Assembly: GCA_947258385.1 (NCBI GenBank) | Contig: CAMYII010000033.1 | Span: forward strand, 31,529-95,528 | Reading direction: 5' to 3' | Length of the DNA: 64,000 nucleotides | Source of the DNA: Acidiferrobacterales bacterium | GTDB lineage: Bacteria; Pseudomonadota; Gammaproteobacteria; Acidiferrobacterales; SZUA-150 | Shown: piece by piece, positions 27,324-35,838 of the stretch | How positions within the stretch are numbered: position 1 is the first letter of the stretch | Layout: each line of letters opens with the position of its first letter | Position numbers and translations under genes: made by a program | The notes under the pieces: generated by a model | Databases searched by the model: none | What the model was told of the DNA's origin: nothing | The model's input: only the letters and a program-made list of their open reading frames with translations

Positions 27324-28582
27324 GCGCAAACCCGATTCCTGTCGCCATCGATGAGCCCGGATCTGGCGCCACGGGCTGGCTCGACCGGCTCGCGCGCCGC
27401 GCCGTGCATACCCGCCTGCAGGCGTTGCAAGACGGCAGTGTCATCCTCATCGACGGGGGCAGACCCTCCCTGTTTGGCACTCAAGACGATTCACTGTGGG
27501 CGACCGTGCGGGTGCACGACCCGCGCTTTTATACCGAGATCGCCTTCGGCGGCAGCGTGGGCGCGGGCGAGGCCTATATGCGGGGCTACTGGAGCTGCGA
27601 TGACCTGACCGCGCTCGTTCGCATCATGCTGCGCAACCGCGAGCTGCTCGACGGCATGGAGACCGGGCTGGCGCGGGCCTCGGCACCCGCACTCAGGGCC
27701 TTTCACTGGCTGCACCGCAACACCCGGCGCGGCAGCCGGCGCAATATCGGCGCGCACTACGACCTCGGCAACGCGCTCTTCGCGCTCATGCTCGATGAGA
27801 CCATGATGTACTCCTGCGGCATCTTCGAGCACGAGGACAGCACCCTGTACGACGCGTCCGTCGCCAAGAACGAGCGCATCTGCCGCGAGCTCGAGCTCAC
27901 CCCCGACGATCACCTGCTCGAGATCGGCACCGGCTGGGGCGGCTTCGCCATTCATGCCGCGCGGCATTACGGCTGCCGGGTGACGACCACGACGATTTCA
28001 GAGGAACAATACGCGCTGGCGCGCGAGCGCATTGAACAGGCCGGGCTCAGCGGGCGTATCACAGTGCTGCTCGAGGATTACCGTAATCTAAAGGGCCGGT
28101 ACGACAAGCTCGTGTCCATCGAGATGATCGAGGCCGTGGGTCATGCCTATTACGACACCTATTTCAAGACCTGCGGCGAGTTGCTCAAACCCGAGGGCAG
28201 GATGCTGCTTCAGGCCATCACCATCGCCGATCAACAATACGAGCGTGCTAGACGCTCGGTTGATTTCATCCAGCGTTACATCTTTCCCGGAAGCTGCATC
28301 CCATCGGTGACGGCGCTTTGCAACGCCATCACCCGCGCCTCCGACATGCGCCTGTCTCATCTGGAGGACATCGGCCCGCACTACGCCACCACCCTGCGGC
28401 ACTGGCGGTCACGCTTCTTCGCCAACATCGATCGCGTGCGCGCGCTGGGCTATCCCGAACGCTTCATCCGCATGTGGGAGTTTTATCTCTGCTATTGCGA
28501 GGGCGGCTTTGCCGAACGCGCCACCAGCGATGTACATATGCTGCTGACCAAGCCCCACTGTCGACCGACAGATGTTTCGTAG
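27320..28582 (+). CDS. cfa: cyclopropane-fatty-acyl-phospholipid synthase-like methyltransferase
   Basis: Contains HYDLGNALFALMLDETMMYSC, LLEIGTGWGGFA, SIEMIEAVG and FYLCYCEGGF. ATG 27320 overlaps the DUF1365 stop (ATGA). Confidence 0.9.
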   Translation: MSANPIPVAIDEPGSGATGWLDRLARRAVHTRLQALQDGSVILIDGGRPSLFGTQDDSLWATVRVHDPRFYTEIAFGGSVGAGEAYMRGYWSCDDLTALVRIMLRNRELLDGMETGLARASAPALRAFHWLHRNTRRGSRRNIGAHYDLGNALFALMLDETMMYSCGIFEHEDSTLYDASVAKNERICRELELTPDDHLLEIGTGWGGFAIHAARHYGCRVTTTTISEEQYALARERIEQAGLSGRITVLLEDYRNLKGRYDKLVSIEMIEAVGHAYYDTYFKTCGELLKPEGRMLLQAITIADQQYERARRSVDFIQRYIFPGSCIPSVTALCNAITRASDMRLSHLEDIGPHYATTLRHWRSRFFANIDRVRALGYPERFIRMWEFYLCYCEGGFAERATSDVHMLLTKPHCRPTDVS

Positions 28583-28681
28583 TCTATCGACTCCTATTCG
28601 TAGCCGCGGGAGATTGTTGTCGATCTTGGTGAATCATAAAGCTACGCTAATCTATTTATAGTGAAGCGGCACGATTCGATG

Positions 28682-29056
28682 CTACTTTTCCACCATGTCC
28701 GCCTTGGTGCTTTCAATGAACGCAAGCACCTCGCCCCGTTCTTGCTCGGGCAGCTGAAATTTGTCCAGCGTGGCGTTCACGTGCCCAATGAATGCACTCC
28801 AGTCGCTCTCGCTGATTCCCATTCCCTTGTGCGAAAGCGCCATATCCCGCCCCGTGTAATACAGCGGACCTCCTGCGCTGGAACACAAGAAATCGATCAA
28901 TAACTGTTTCTCACGCTGCAGCCCGTCTTCCCCTCTGTTCTGCCAGAAGCGCCCCAGTTGCGGGTCCGCCATCAAACGCGGGAGAAGGTCGTCGACGACG
29001 GCGGTGACGGCATCGTAGCCACCGAGACGGGCGTATAAGGTTTGTGCTGCGCTCAT
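28682..29056 (-). CDS. group 1 truncated haemoglobin
   Basis: 124 aa. Contains LYARLGGYDAVTAVVDDL, FW and the MALSHKGMGISESDW pattern. Confidence 0.9.
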   Translation of the reverse strand: MSAAQTLYARLGGYDAVTAVVDDLLPRLMADPQLGRFWQNRGEDGLQREKQLLIDFLCSSAGGPLYYTGRDMALSHKGMGISESDWSAFIGHVNATLDKFQLPEQERGEVLAFIESTKADMVEK

Positions 29057-29199
29057 GATTCTGTCCTCCTGGGTGTTACAAGTCAGTTTCGGTAAACCTC
29101 GTTATATGATCGAATCGATCGTCGCTTGGCCTCGATAGCGATGTCTCAACTACCGGGCCAGAATACCTCTGACGGCCGGGACCCGGGCGCTATCGGCGT

Positions 29200-30402
29200 T
29201 CATCCATAGCGGCCGTCGACACGCGGCTGGACAAGCATTGGGAAATAGTTCCAGAGAAACACGGTAAATGCGGATATCCACAGAATCTGGGAAAAGGCAA
29301 TCCATATTTGATAATGCGTTGAATCAAATAACGGCAAAAATACCCTGATAGCCGCGCTACCCAACAGCGCCGCAAACACCGGAAACAGAATCGCGGGTGG
29401 CTCAGAGATGTTTCGTCCTGTGTGGCCCAGTATTACACGCGCCATCATGCCCACTGTCATCACGCCGATACCGCCAACGGCAAATGCGTGTATGGCGAGG
29501 TAAGGGGATACGCCTAGCACATAGCTGAAAAACTTCAGCGCAAAGCCGACGACCAGGAAGCCATAGGCAAGATAGAGCACCCACAGCAATGGCTTCCTGA
29601 AGATTTCAGCCGTATACCATCCCGCCATTTTGATCCCGTGCATCACAAACAGGATTCCCGCCAGCCCGGCGATGAGTCCGTGATAGCTGGTAAACACATC
29701 CAGGACGGCGAATATCGCGAACAGCACGACAGTTGACACATCCAACCACGACCAATTCTTTAATGCTACGGGATTGTCGACGCCCCGCTCGATAAAAAAA
29801 GGAATCACTCTTCTGCCAATGACAAAAATAAGACTGAGTATGACATAAAGGCCGGCGTACAAGCCCCAATGAAGCCCTTCCGACAACCAACCCAGAGCGC
29901 CCATGTAAAAGACCAGGTTACCGCAAAGCAGTAACGCAACATGCAGGATGACCAGGAGCTGTCGCCACTGTCTCGCCTTGATCACGGGATATGAGATCGC
30001 CGCGAGCAGAGTGCCCATGAACAGCATATCGAAGCCGGCCATCATCGCCACGATAAACTCCGCGTGGATAAAGGACGCCGCCCGCGCCAGCAGCCAGAGC
30101 GTGAATAGCGCGAGCAACGGGAACCGATGAACCGTCTGCACCCCGGTCCAGTTCTTCACAGCCGTCAGCAAAAAACCCGCGATCACGGCGACAGCATAGC
30201 CGTAGATCAGTTCATGGGCATGCCAGAGCTGCAGCGAAAGCCCCGCCAGCCCACCCTGCCAGCCCAGAAAGTAAAGCGCCATCCATACCCCCATGGACAG
30301 GATCGCCAAACCGGCCGCGCCCAGGAAAAACGGGCGGAATCCTAGATGAAGCAATGGATAGCTAAGGTCGTTGTTATTCGTGTTTCCCTCTATGGTAAGC
30401 AT
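29200..30402 (-). CDS. nnrS: NnrS family haem-copper membrane protein
   Basis: From ATG 30402 (or 30414): LLHLGFRPFFLGAAG, with about 12 TM segments and a length of about 400 aa. The N-terminal 62 residues of the track ORF look non-coding. Confidence 0.85.
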   Translation of the reverse strand: MLTIEGNTNNNDLSYPLLHLGFRPFFLGAAGLAILSMGVWMALYFLGWQGGLAGLSLQLWHAHELIYGYAVAVIAGFLLTAVKNWTGVQTVHRFPLLALFTLWLLARAASFIHAEFIVAMMAGFDMLFMGTLLAAISYPVIKARQWRQLLVILHVALLLCGNLVFYMGALGWLSEGLHWGLYAGLYVILSLIFVIGRRVIPFFIERGVDNPVALKNWSWLDVSTVVLFAIFAVLDVFTSYHGLIAGLAGILFVMHGIKMAGWYTAEIFRKPLLWVLYLAYGFLVVGFALKFFSYVLGVSPYLAIHAFAVGGIGVMTVGMMARVILGHTGRNISEPPAILFPVFAALLGSAAIRVFLPLFDSTHYQIWIAFSQILWISAFTVFLWNYFPMLVQPRVDGRYG

Positions 30403-30452
30403 GACTGTTCCCATCCCTATAACTGACGATAATGAGTCTTCAACAGCCGATC

Positions 30453-32000
30453 CTAATGGCTCGTCCCCGCCGACCGGGTGATCTTGTTGTGGACGTTGTA
30501 TTTTCCCGACGGTTTTCTCATGGGCAGGCGTTTGATCTCTTTCAGGCTCTTGGCGTCGTAGACCACCACCGCGCCGTCCATGTCCCAAATGCTGAGCAGC
30601 GCGTAACGACCGTCCTTGGTGAACTCGACATGGGCGGCGGTCTTGCCGGGGGCGGGCCTGAGGGTCTTGACGATCTTGAGGCTGCGCTTGTCGATAACAT
30701 GCACGAGGTCTTTGTTGGGACCGAAGAACACATCGACCCAGGCATAGGGCGTGTTCTCATGCGAGCGCATGAAAAAGCCCGGTCCTTTAGTGTCGATGCG
30801 CTTGATCGTCTTCCAGTTTGTCATGTCGATGACGCTGACCACCCCTGCTTTCAGGTTCGGCGTGGCCAACACCGGCCGCCCTTTATACTCCCAGGTAATG
30901 CCCGAGCCCAGGTGCGGCATGCCCGGGAGATCGATGTCGGCGATCTTGCGTCCGACGATGAGGTTCACCACCTGGCCGTTCTTGGCGTTGCGCGCGGCGC
31001 CGATCAGATGGCGGTAGGACTGATCGAAGAAAAAGTCGTCAAGATAGTCGTCCAACCGGATACGGCGCACCGGGAACGCGCCTTTGGCGGCCAGGCCCTC
31101 GCCCATGCGGTAATCGTGCACCAGGCCCGGATAGACCGGCTCGGCGTCCTTACCGTAGGGGATCTCCCAGACCTCGGGGATGTCCTTCAACGCAGCGATA
31201 AAGCTCTGCCGCGGCGCGGCGTCGTAAACCGCGCTGACGCGCGAGCCGCTGCCGGCCTTGTCCTGCACCGCGATGAGCTTTAACGGCGTGAGATCAACGG
31301 CGTCCAGCACCACCAGGGTGTGCGGCAGGTAATTGGCCACCATGACATAGCGCCCGTCGCTGGATACGGCCGCGTTGCGGGTGTTGATGCCGGCGCGAAT
31401 CTCGGCAACGAGGCTTAAGCTGTACATATCGAACTTGCTGATCCAGCCGTCGCGCGAGGCCAGGTAGACGAAACGCCCGTCGGGCGAGTACTTGGGCCCG
31501 CCGTGCAGGGCAAAGCGCGTGGCGAAGCGATGAATGGGCTCAAAGCGGTCGCCGTCGAGCACGGTGGCGTGATGATCCCCCAGTTCCACCACCAGAAACA
31601 GGTTCAAGGGGTCGGCCTTGTAGGCCGGTCTGGCCGGCAGCTTCGTTGGGTCATGGTGCAGGATGTGGGAGGCCTTGATCTTTTCCAGACCCCAGACCGG
31701 CACCTGCGGCAGCGGCGTATAGATCAGCTCGACCAGCGCCTGTGTCTGCCCGGTGTTGAGCCTCTTGCCATAGGCCGGCATCTGGGTCGCCGGCCGCCCG
31801 GCCTCGATCACCTTGCGCGCCTCGGCGCGCCGCAAGCGCCGCAGGTTCTCCGGCAGCAGCGCCGGTCCCATGCGCCCTAAGCGGTCACTGCCGTGGCAGC
31901 TCGCGCAGTGCGCCTGATACAACCGCTCGGTGGGCGGGGTCTCGCCCGCCTGCGCCGCCCCGGGCAGCGCCAGCAGCAGGAAAGTGAGCACTCGCTTCAT
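30453..32000 (-). CDS. nirN: cytochrome cd1-family protein NirN (haem d1 maturation)
   Basis: Has a signal peptide, a single CASCH c-type domain, and then a d1-type beta-propeller sequence. It follows nirJ. Confidence 0.8.
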   Translation of the reverse strand: MKRVLTFLLLALPGAAQAGETPPTERLYQAHCASCHGSDRLGRMGPALLPENLRRLRRAEARKVIEAGRPATQMPAYGKRLNTGQTQALVELIYTPLPQVPVWGLEKIKASHILHHDPTKLPARPAYKADPLNLFLVVELGDHHATVLDGDRFEPIHRFATRFALHGGPKYSPDGRFVYLASRDGWISKFDMYSLSLVAEIRAGINTRNAAVSSDGRYVMVANYLPHTLVVLDAVDLTPLKLIAVQDKAGSGSRVSAVYDAAPRQSFIAALKDIPEVWEIPYGKDAEPVYPGLVHDYRMGEGLAAKGAFPVRRIRLDDYLDDFFFDQSYRHLIGAARNAKNGQVVNLIVGRKIADIDLPGMPHLGSGITWEYKGRPVLATPNLKAGVVSVIDMTNWKTIKRIDTKGPGFFMRSHENTPYAWVDVFFGPNKDLVHVIDKRSLKIVKTLRPAPGKTAAHVEFTKDGRYALLSIWDMDGAVVVYDAKSLKEIKRLPMRKPSGKYNVHNKITRSAGTSH

Positions 32001-32004
32001 GGAT

Positions 32005-33201
32005 TCACCCGGCCGTGCGCCGGGCGCTGTAGGGGGTCAGTTGCAGACGTGCGGTCGATCCGCTCACACCGATTTCCTCATCATCGAGGTAACAGGCCGG
32101 GTCCTCAGCCCAGGGATCACCGCTCAGCTGGTGGGCGCGCACACGGGTGTTGCCGCCGCAGACATCGAGGTAGCGGCACTGCCCGCAGCGGCCCTTGAGC
32201 GGGCGCGGGCGTGCTTTAAGCCCGGCCATGAGGGGATCGGAGGTGTCCGGCCAGATCTCGGAGAACGGGCGTTCGCGCACATTGCCCAAGCGATAATGCC
32301 ACCAGAAGGTATCCGGATGGACGTCGCCAACGTTGTCGATGTTGGCGATGTTGACCCCGGAGGAATTGCCGCCCCACTGCGCGAGCTTCGCGCGCAGATG
32401 GGCCTCGCGTTCCGGAAAGTGTTCTCTGACCCATTGCAACAGATACACGCCGTCGGCATCGTTGTTGCCGGTGACGTACTCGCGCGGCCGGCCTTCCTGC
32501 AGCTGGCGCCAGCAGGCCTCGAACAACAGGTCCATGGCCTGTCGCGTGGTGGCGAGCACGGCATCGTCCCTGCGGTTGATGTTGCCGCGGCCGGCGTAGT
32601 TCAGATGGGACAGGTAAAACTTCTCGATACCAAGGCGTCCCATCAACGCCAGCAGCGACGGCAGCTCGGGTGCGTTGTCCCGCGTCAGCGTGAAGCGCAT
32701 GCCGACCTTGATGCCGTGGTCGTGGCACAGCTCCATCGCCCGCACCGAGGCATCGAAGGCGCCGGCCTTGCGCCGGAACCTGTCATGGGTATCTCGCAGC
32801 CCATCGATACTGATGCCGACATAGTCGTAGCCGAGCGCCGCAATCCGATTGATGTTGCGCTCGTCGATCAGAGTGCCGTTGGTGGACAGCCCGACGTAAA
32901 AACCCATGGCCTTGGCACGCCCGGAAATCTCATAGATGTCCGGGCGCAACAGCGGCTCGCCGCCGGAGAGGATCAGCACCGGCACGCCGAACTGTTTGAG
33001 ATTGTCCATCACCGTGTAGACCTCGTCGGTCGACAGCTCGCCGGGGAAGTCCTTGTCCGCCGATATCGAGTAACAGTGCTTGCAGGTGAGGTTGCAGCGG
33101 CGGATCAGGTTCCAGATCACGACGGGGCCGGGGGGGTTACGCTTCGGCCCGATTGGTGTCGGTTCGATCAGCTCCTGCATGTATTGGGTTAGACGGAACA
33201 T
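32005..33201 (-). CDS. nirJ: radical SAM haem d1 biosynthesis protein NirJ
   Basis: Has the CNLTCKHCY radical SAM motif and a C-terminal Cys cluster (CGQCRYLDVCGG). Confidence 0.9.
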   Translation of the reverse strand: MFRLTQYMQELIEPTPIGPKRNPPGPVVIWNLIRRCNLTCKHCYSISADKDFPGELSTDEVYTVMDNLKQFGVPVLILSGGEPLLRPDIYEISGRAKAMGFYVGLSTNGTLIDERNINRIAALGYDYVGISIDGLRDTHDRFRRKAGAFDASVRAMELCHDHGIKVGMRFTLTRDNAPELPSLLALMGRLGIEKFYLSHLNYAGRGNINRRDDAVLATTRQAMDLLFEACWRQLQEGRPREYVTGNNDADGVYLLQWVREHFPEREAHLRAKLAQWGGNSSGVNIANIDNVGDVHPDTFWWHYRLGNVRERPFSEIWPDTSDPLMAGLKARPRPLKGRCGQCRYLDVCGGNTRVRAHQLSGDPWAEDPACYLDDEEIGVSGSTARLQLTPYSARRTAG

Positions 33202-33262
33202 AATAAATCAGATACAAGATACAAGTTGCAAGGTACAAGTTGCGAAAGAAGCGTGTATTGAT

Positions 33263-33400
33263 CTCAAACCCTGGATGCCGCTGGTCTTAACACACAAAGT
33301 AAGCGGAGGCGCGGAGGCGCAGAGAACTGCGATATGTTTAAAAAAAGCTCGGATAAAGAATAACCCTCCGCGTCTTGGCGACTTTGCGTTCTCTGCGTCA
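33263..33400. repeat. copy 1 of a ~135-bp dispersed repeat with internal inverted repeats (MITE/REP-like)
   Basis: Alignable by hand to 62863-62993 (shared blocks CTCAAA, CCCTGGA, ACNCAAAG..GGCGC.GAGG.CGCAGAGAA, ACTTTGCGT.CTC.GC). It contains a perfect 10-bp inverted repeat CGCAGAGAAC / GTTCTCTGCG (33318-27 / 33388-97). Confidence 0.7.
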
Positions 33401-33413
33401 ATTCCGATTGCCC

Positions 33414-33941
33414 TCACGTGCCGATCCGCAGGCCCATCTTCTTCAAGATGCGGGTGCTGTAGAGCACGGTGTGCCCATGATTGGCGTCGCCGAGCAGCCC
33501 GGCGATCCGCGCCACCTTGTCCTCCACCTCCTCGCGGCTCTTGCCGTGCACCATGGCGAACAGGTTATAGGGCCAGAGCGGCAGATGACGCGGACGATGA
33601 TAGCAGTGACTGACGAAATCGAGCGCACCGACGCGGCGCCCCAGCTCATTCACGCTTTCATCGGGCACGTCCCACACCGACATGCCGTTGGCCCGGTAGC
33701 CGAGCGCGTAATGATTCGGCACCGCGCCGATGCGGCGGATCACGCCGGCGGCCTGCATGCGCTGCAGGCGCTGCATGACCTCCTCGGCCGGCACGCCGAG
33801 CCCCGCCGCCAGCACGTGGTACGGCCTCGGAGACAGCGGCAGCCCGGCCTGGGTCGCCGCGATCAGACCGCGATCCACGGCATCGAGCCCGCCTTTGGCG
33901 GGCTCCAACGCGTCCTTACTCACCCTCGCTGCCGTGGACAT
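33414..33941 (-). CDS. nirH: sirohaem decarboxylase subunit NirH (AsnC/Lrp-like)
   Basis: From ATG 33941. Contains GLPLSPRPY, GVIRRIGAVPNHYALGYRANGMSVWDV and CYHRPRHLPLWPYNLFAMVHG. Confidence 0.8.
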   Translation of the reverse strand: MSTAARVSKDALEPAKGGLDAVDRGLIAATQAGLPLSPRPYHVLAAGLGVPAEEVMQRLQRMQAAGVIRRIGAVPNHYALGYRANGMSVWDVPDESVNELGRRVGALDFVSHCYHRPRHLPLWPYNLFAMVHGKSREEVEDKVARIAGLLGDANHGHTVLYSTRILKKMGLRIGT

Positions 33942-33954
33942 CAACGCTACCGGC

Positions 33955-34269
33955 CTACTTGCAGCTCTGGGCCGCGAAATAGGCGGCGAGGTTGTCGATG
34001 TCCGCATCGGATAACGCGCCGACCATCGCCTTCATGGACGGATCGTTGCGTGCGCCGCTCTTGTAGTCCTTGATGGACTTGGCCAGGTATTGTGCCTTCT
34101 GGCCCGCCAGGTTCGGGTAATTCGGCGCGGCGCTGACGCCGTTCGAGCCGTGGCAGCCGGCGCACATCGCCGACTTGGCCTTGCCGGCCGCGGCATCGCC
34201 CGCCAGCACGGACCCTTGTGCGCCGAACAGCGCCGCTGCAACGAAAAGAAAAATGGCTTTATGTTTCAT
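33955..34269 (-). CDS. monohaem class I cytochrome c, periplasmic
   Basis: Has a signal peptide and CAGCHG...PNYPNLAGQ...Y...M, typical of c552/c4-type domains. Confidence 0.9.
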   Translation of the reverse strand: MKHKAIFLFVAAALFGAQGSVLAGDAAAGKAKSAMCAGCHGSNGVSAAPNYPNLAGQKAQYLAKSIKDYKSGARNDPSMKAMVGALSDADIDNLAAYFAAQSCK

Positions 34270-34314
34270 ATAAACTCCTCCATTGTTTGAACTGTTAATC
34301 AGTCAATCGTCGGG

Positions 34315-34758
34315 TTATGCCTCGAAGCGCAATCCCACGAAATACTCTTCGATCTTGGGCATGTTGTAGACCGGGTAACCGCTGCGCGCCTCAATCGCGT
34401 CGATGACTTCGCTGATACGTTCAGGCGTTTCCGTCGCCAGCACAAACCACATATTGAGCGCATGGTCGCGCGCATAGTTGTGCGCCACCTCTGGGAAGTC
34501 GTTGACGTAATCGGCGACGCGCTCGAACTCCTGCTCCGGCACCTGCATGGCGCACAGGGTCAGGGCGCCGCCCAGGCGCTCGGCGTGGTACATGGGCCCG
34601 AAGCGGGAGAGCACGCCCTGCTCCCGCATTCGGTACAAGCGCGCGAGCAGCTTGTACTCGTCGGTGCCCAGTCTCTCCGCCACCACCGCATAGGGCCGCT
34701 CGCATACGGGGAAGCCGCCCTGCAGCTCGTTGATAATGGCGCGGTCGAGCTCATCCAT
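34315..34758 (-). CDS. nirG: sirohaem decarboxylase subunit NirG
   Basis: From ATG 34758 (MDELDRAIINELQGGFPVCERPY...AHNYARDHALNMWFVLA). It overlaps the nirL stop by 8 nt. Confidence 0.8.
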   Translation of the reverse strand: MDELDRAIINELQGGFPVCERPYAVVAERLGTDEYKLLARLYRMREQGVLSRFGPMYHAERLGGALTLCAMQVPEQEFERVADYVNDFPEVAHNYARDHALNMWFVLATETPERISEVIDAIEARSGYPVYNMPKIEEYFVGLRFEA

Positions 34759-35272
34759 TGGCCGTCTTCCTCTGTGCTTGCACGCCGGCGCCGCCGTCAA
34801 CATAACGGGCGCCGCGCTGCTTGAAGCGGCGCTTGCTGAACAACACCTGGTATGGAATCCCCTCGAGCCCGGCGGCTCGGATAATCTCATCCAGCCGCGC
34901 CTGCACCCTCTCCCGGTCCTTGCCGTGGATCATGCAGAACAGATTATAGGGCCACAGCGGCAACCGCCGCGGACGGCGGTAGCAGAGTGTGACGCAGTCG
35001 AATTCCCCGAGCCGCCTGCCGATCTCGTCGACGCTGTCATCGGGCACGTCCCAGACCACCATGGCGTTGGCGCGGTAGCCGAGCTCTCGGTGGCGCACCA
35101 CCACACCCAGGCGTTTGATCAGACGCTGATCGAGTAATTCAGCAAGGCGCGCGATCACCTCGCGCTCGCCGATACCGAGCGCCATGGCGATGGCCGCATA
35201 GGGGCGCGGCGCCAGCGGCAGCCCGTCCTGTATCAGCGCGATGAGCGCCCGGCCGGTCGCGTCTAACACCAT
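34751..35272 (-). CDS. nirL: sirohaem decarboxylase subunit NirL
   Basis: Contains GLPLAPRPY, RHRELGYRANAMVVWDV and CYRRPRRLPLWPYNLFCMIHG. It overlaps the nirD stop by 10 nt. Confidence 0.8.
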   Translation of the reverse strand: MVLDATGRALIALIQDGLPLAPRPYAAIAMALGIGEREVIARLAELLDQRLIKRLGVVVRHRELGYRANAMVVWDVPDDSVDEIGRRLGEFDCVTLCYRRPRRLPLWPYNLFCMIHGKDRERVQARLDEIIRAAGLEGIPYQVLFSKRRFKQRGARYVDGGAGVQAQRKTANG

Positions 35273-35799
35273 AAGGGGAACCCCAGGTCGATGTGGTAAT
35301 GCGCCTCCATCGGCAGATCCAGTAGCTGCAGGCCCGTGGCGGCGCGGATCTCGTCCAGCACTTCCCCGACGCGCCCGCGGCTTCCGGCCGTAACCACGAA
35401 CCAGAGATTGAACTCGTGCTCGCGCTCATAATTGTGATTTACCTCGTCATAGCCATTGATGAGCCGCGCGACTGACGGCAGGCGTTCCGCGGGCACCGCG
35501 ATGGCGGCCAGCGTGCTGGCGCCGGCGCGCCCCGGGGCAAAGACCGGTCCCACACGGCCCACCATGCCGCGTTCCTGCAACGCATGCAGGCAGGCGAGCA
35601 CCTCGGACTCACTCGCCCCGAGCTCGCGGGCGATCTCGGCATACGGCGTCGGCGACAGCGGAAAGCCGCGCTGATAGTCGTTCAACAGGCGTTTCTCCAG
35701 CTCGCTCAGCTGCGATACCCGATCCGTATCCGTCACCAACCGTTTTACCTCAACGCTTGATGGCGGAAGGCCTTGTGATTTGTTGTTCGTTTGCGGCAT
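35263..35799 (-). CDS. nirD: sirohaem decarboxylase subunit NirD
   Basis: Contains LLNDYQRGFPLSPTPY and VNHNYEREHEFNLWFVV. Confidence 0.8.
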   Translation of the reverse strand: MPQTNNKSQGLPPSSVEVKRLVTDTDRVSQLSELEKRLLNDYQRGFPLSPTPYAEIARELGASESEVLACLHALQERGMVGRVGPVFAPGRAGASTLAAIAVPAERLPSVARLINGYDEVNHNYEREHEFNLWFVVTAGSRGRVGEVLDEIRAATGLQLLDLPMEAHYHIDLGFPLWC

Positions 35800-35838
35800 G
35801 TACCGTATTTCCTCTGCGCAGGACCCTTTGACTCAAGG

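Noticed and set aside
29108-29120. Palindrome GATCGA-A-TCGATC upstream of the truncated haemoglobin gene, considered as an FNR/DNR or NsrR site.
   Set aside because: The half-sites and spacing do not fit TTGAT-N4-ATCAA or the AT-rich NsrR motif. It may be an operator for an unknown factor, but there is no supporting second copy in the window.
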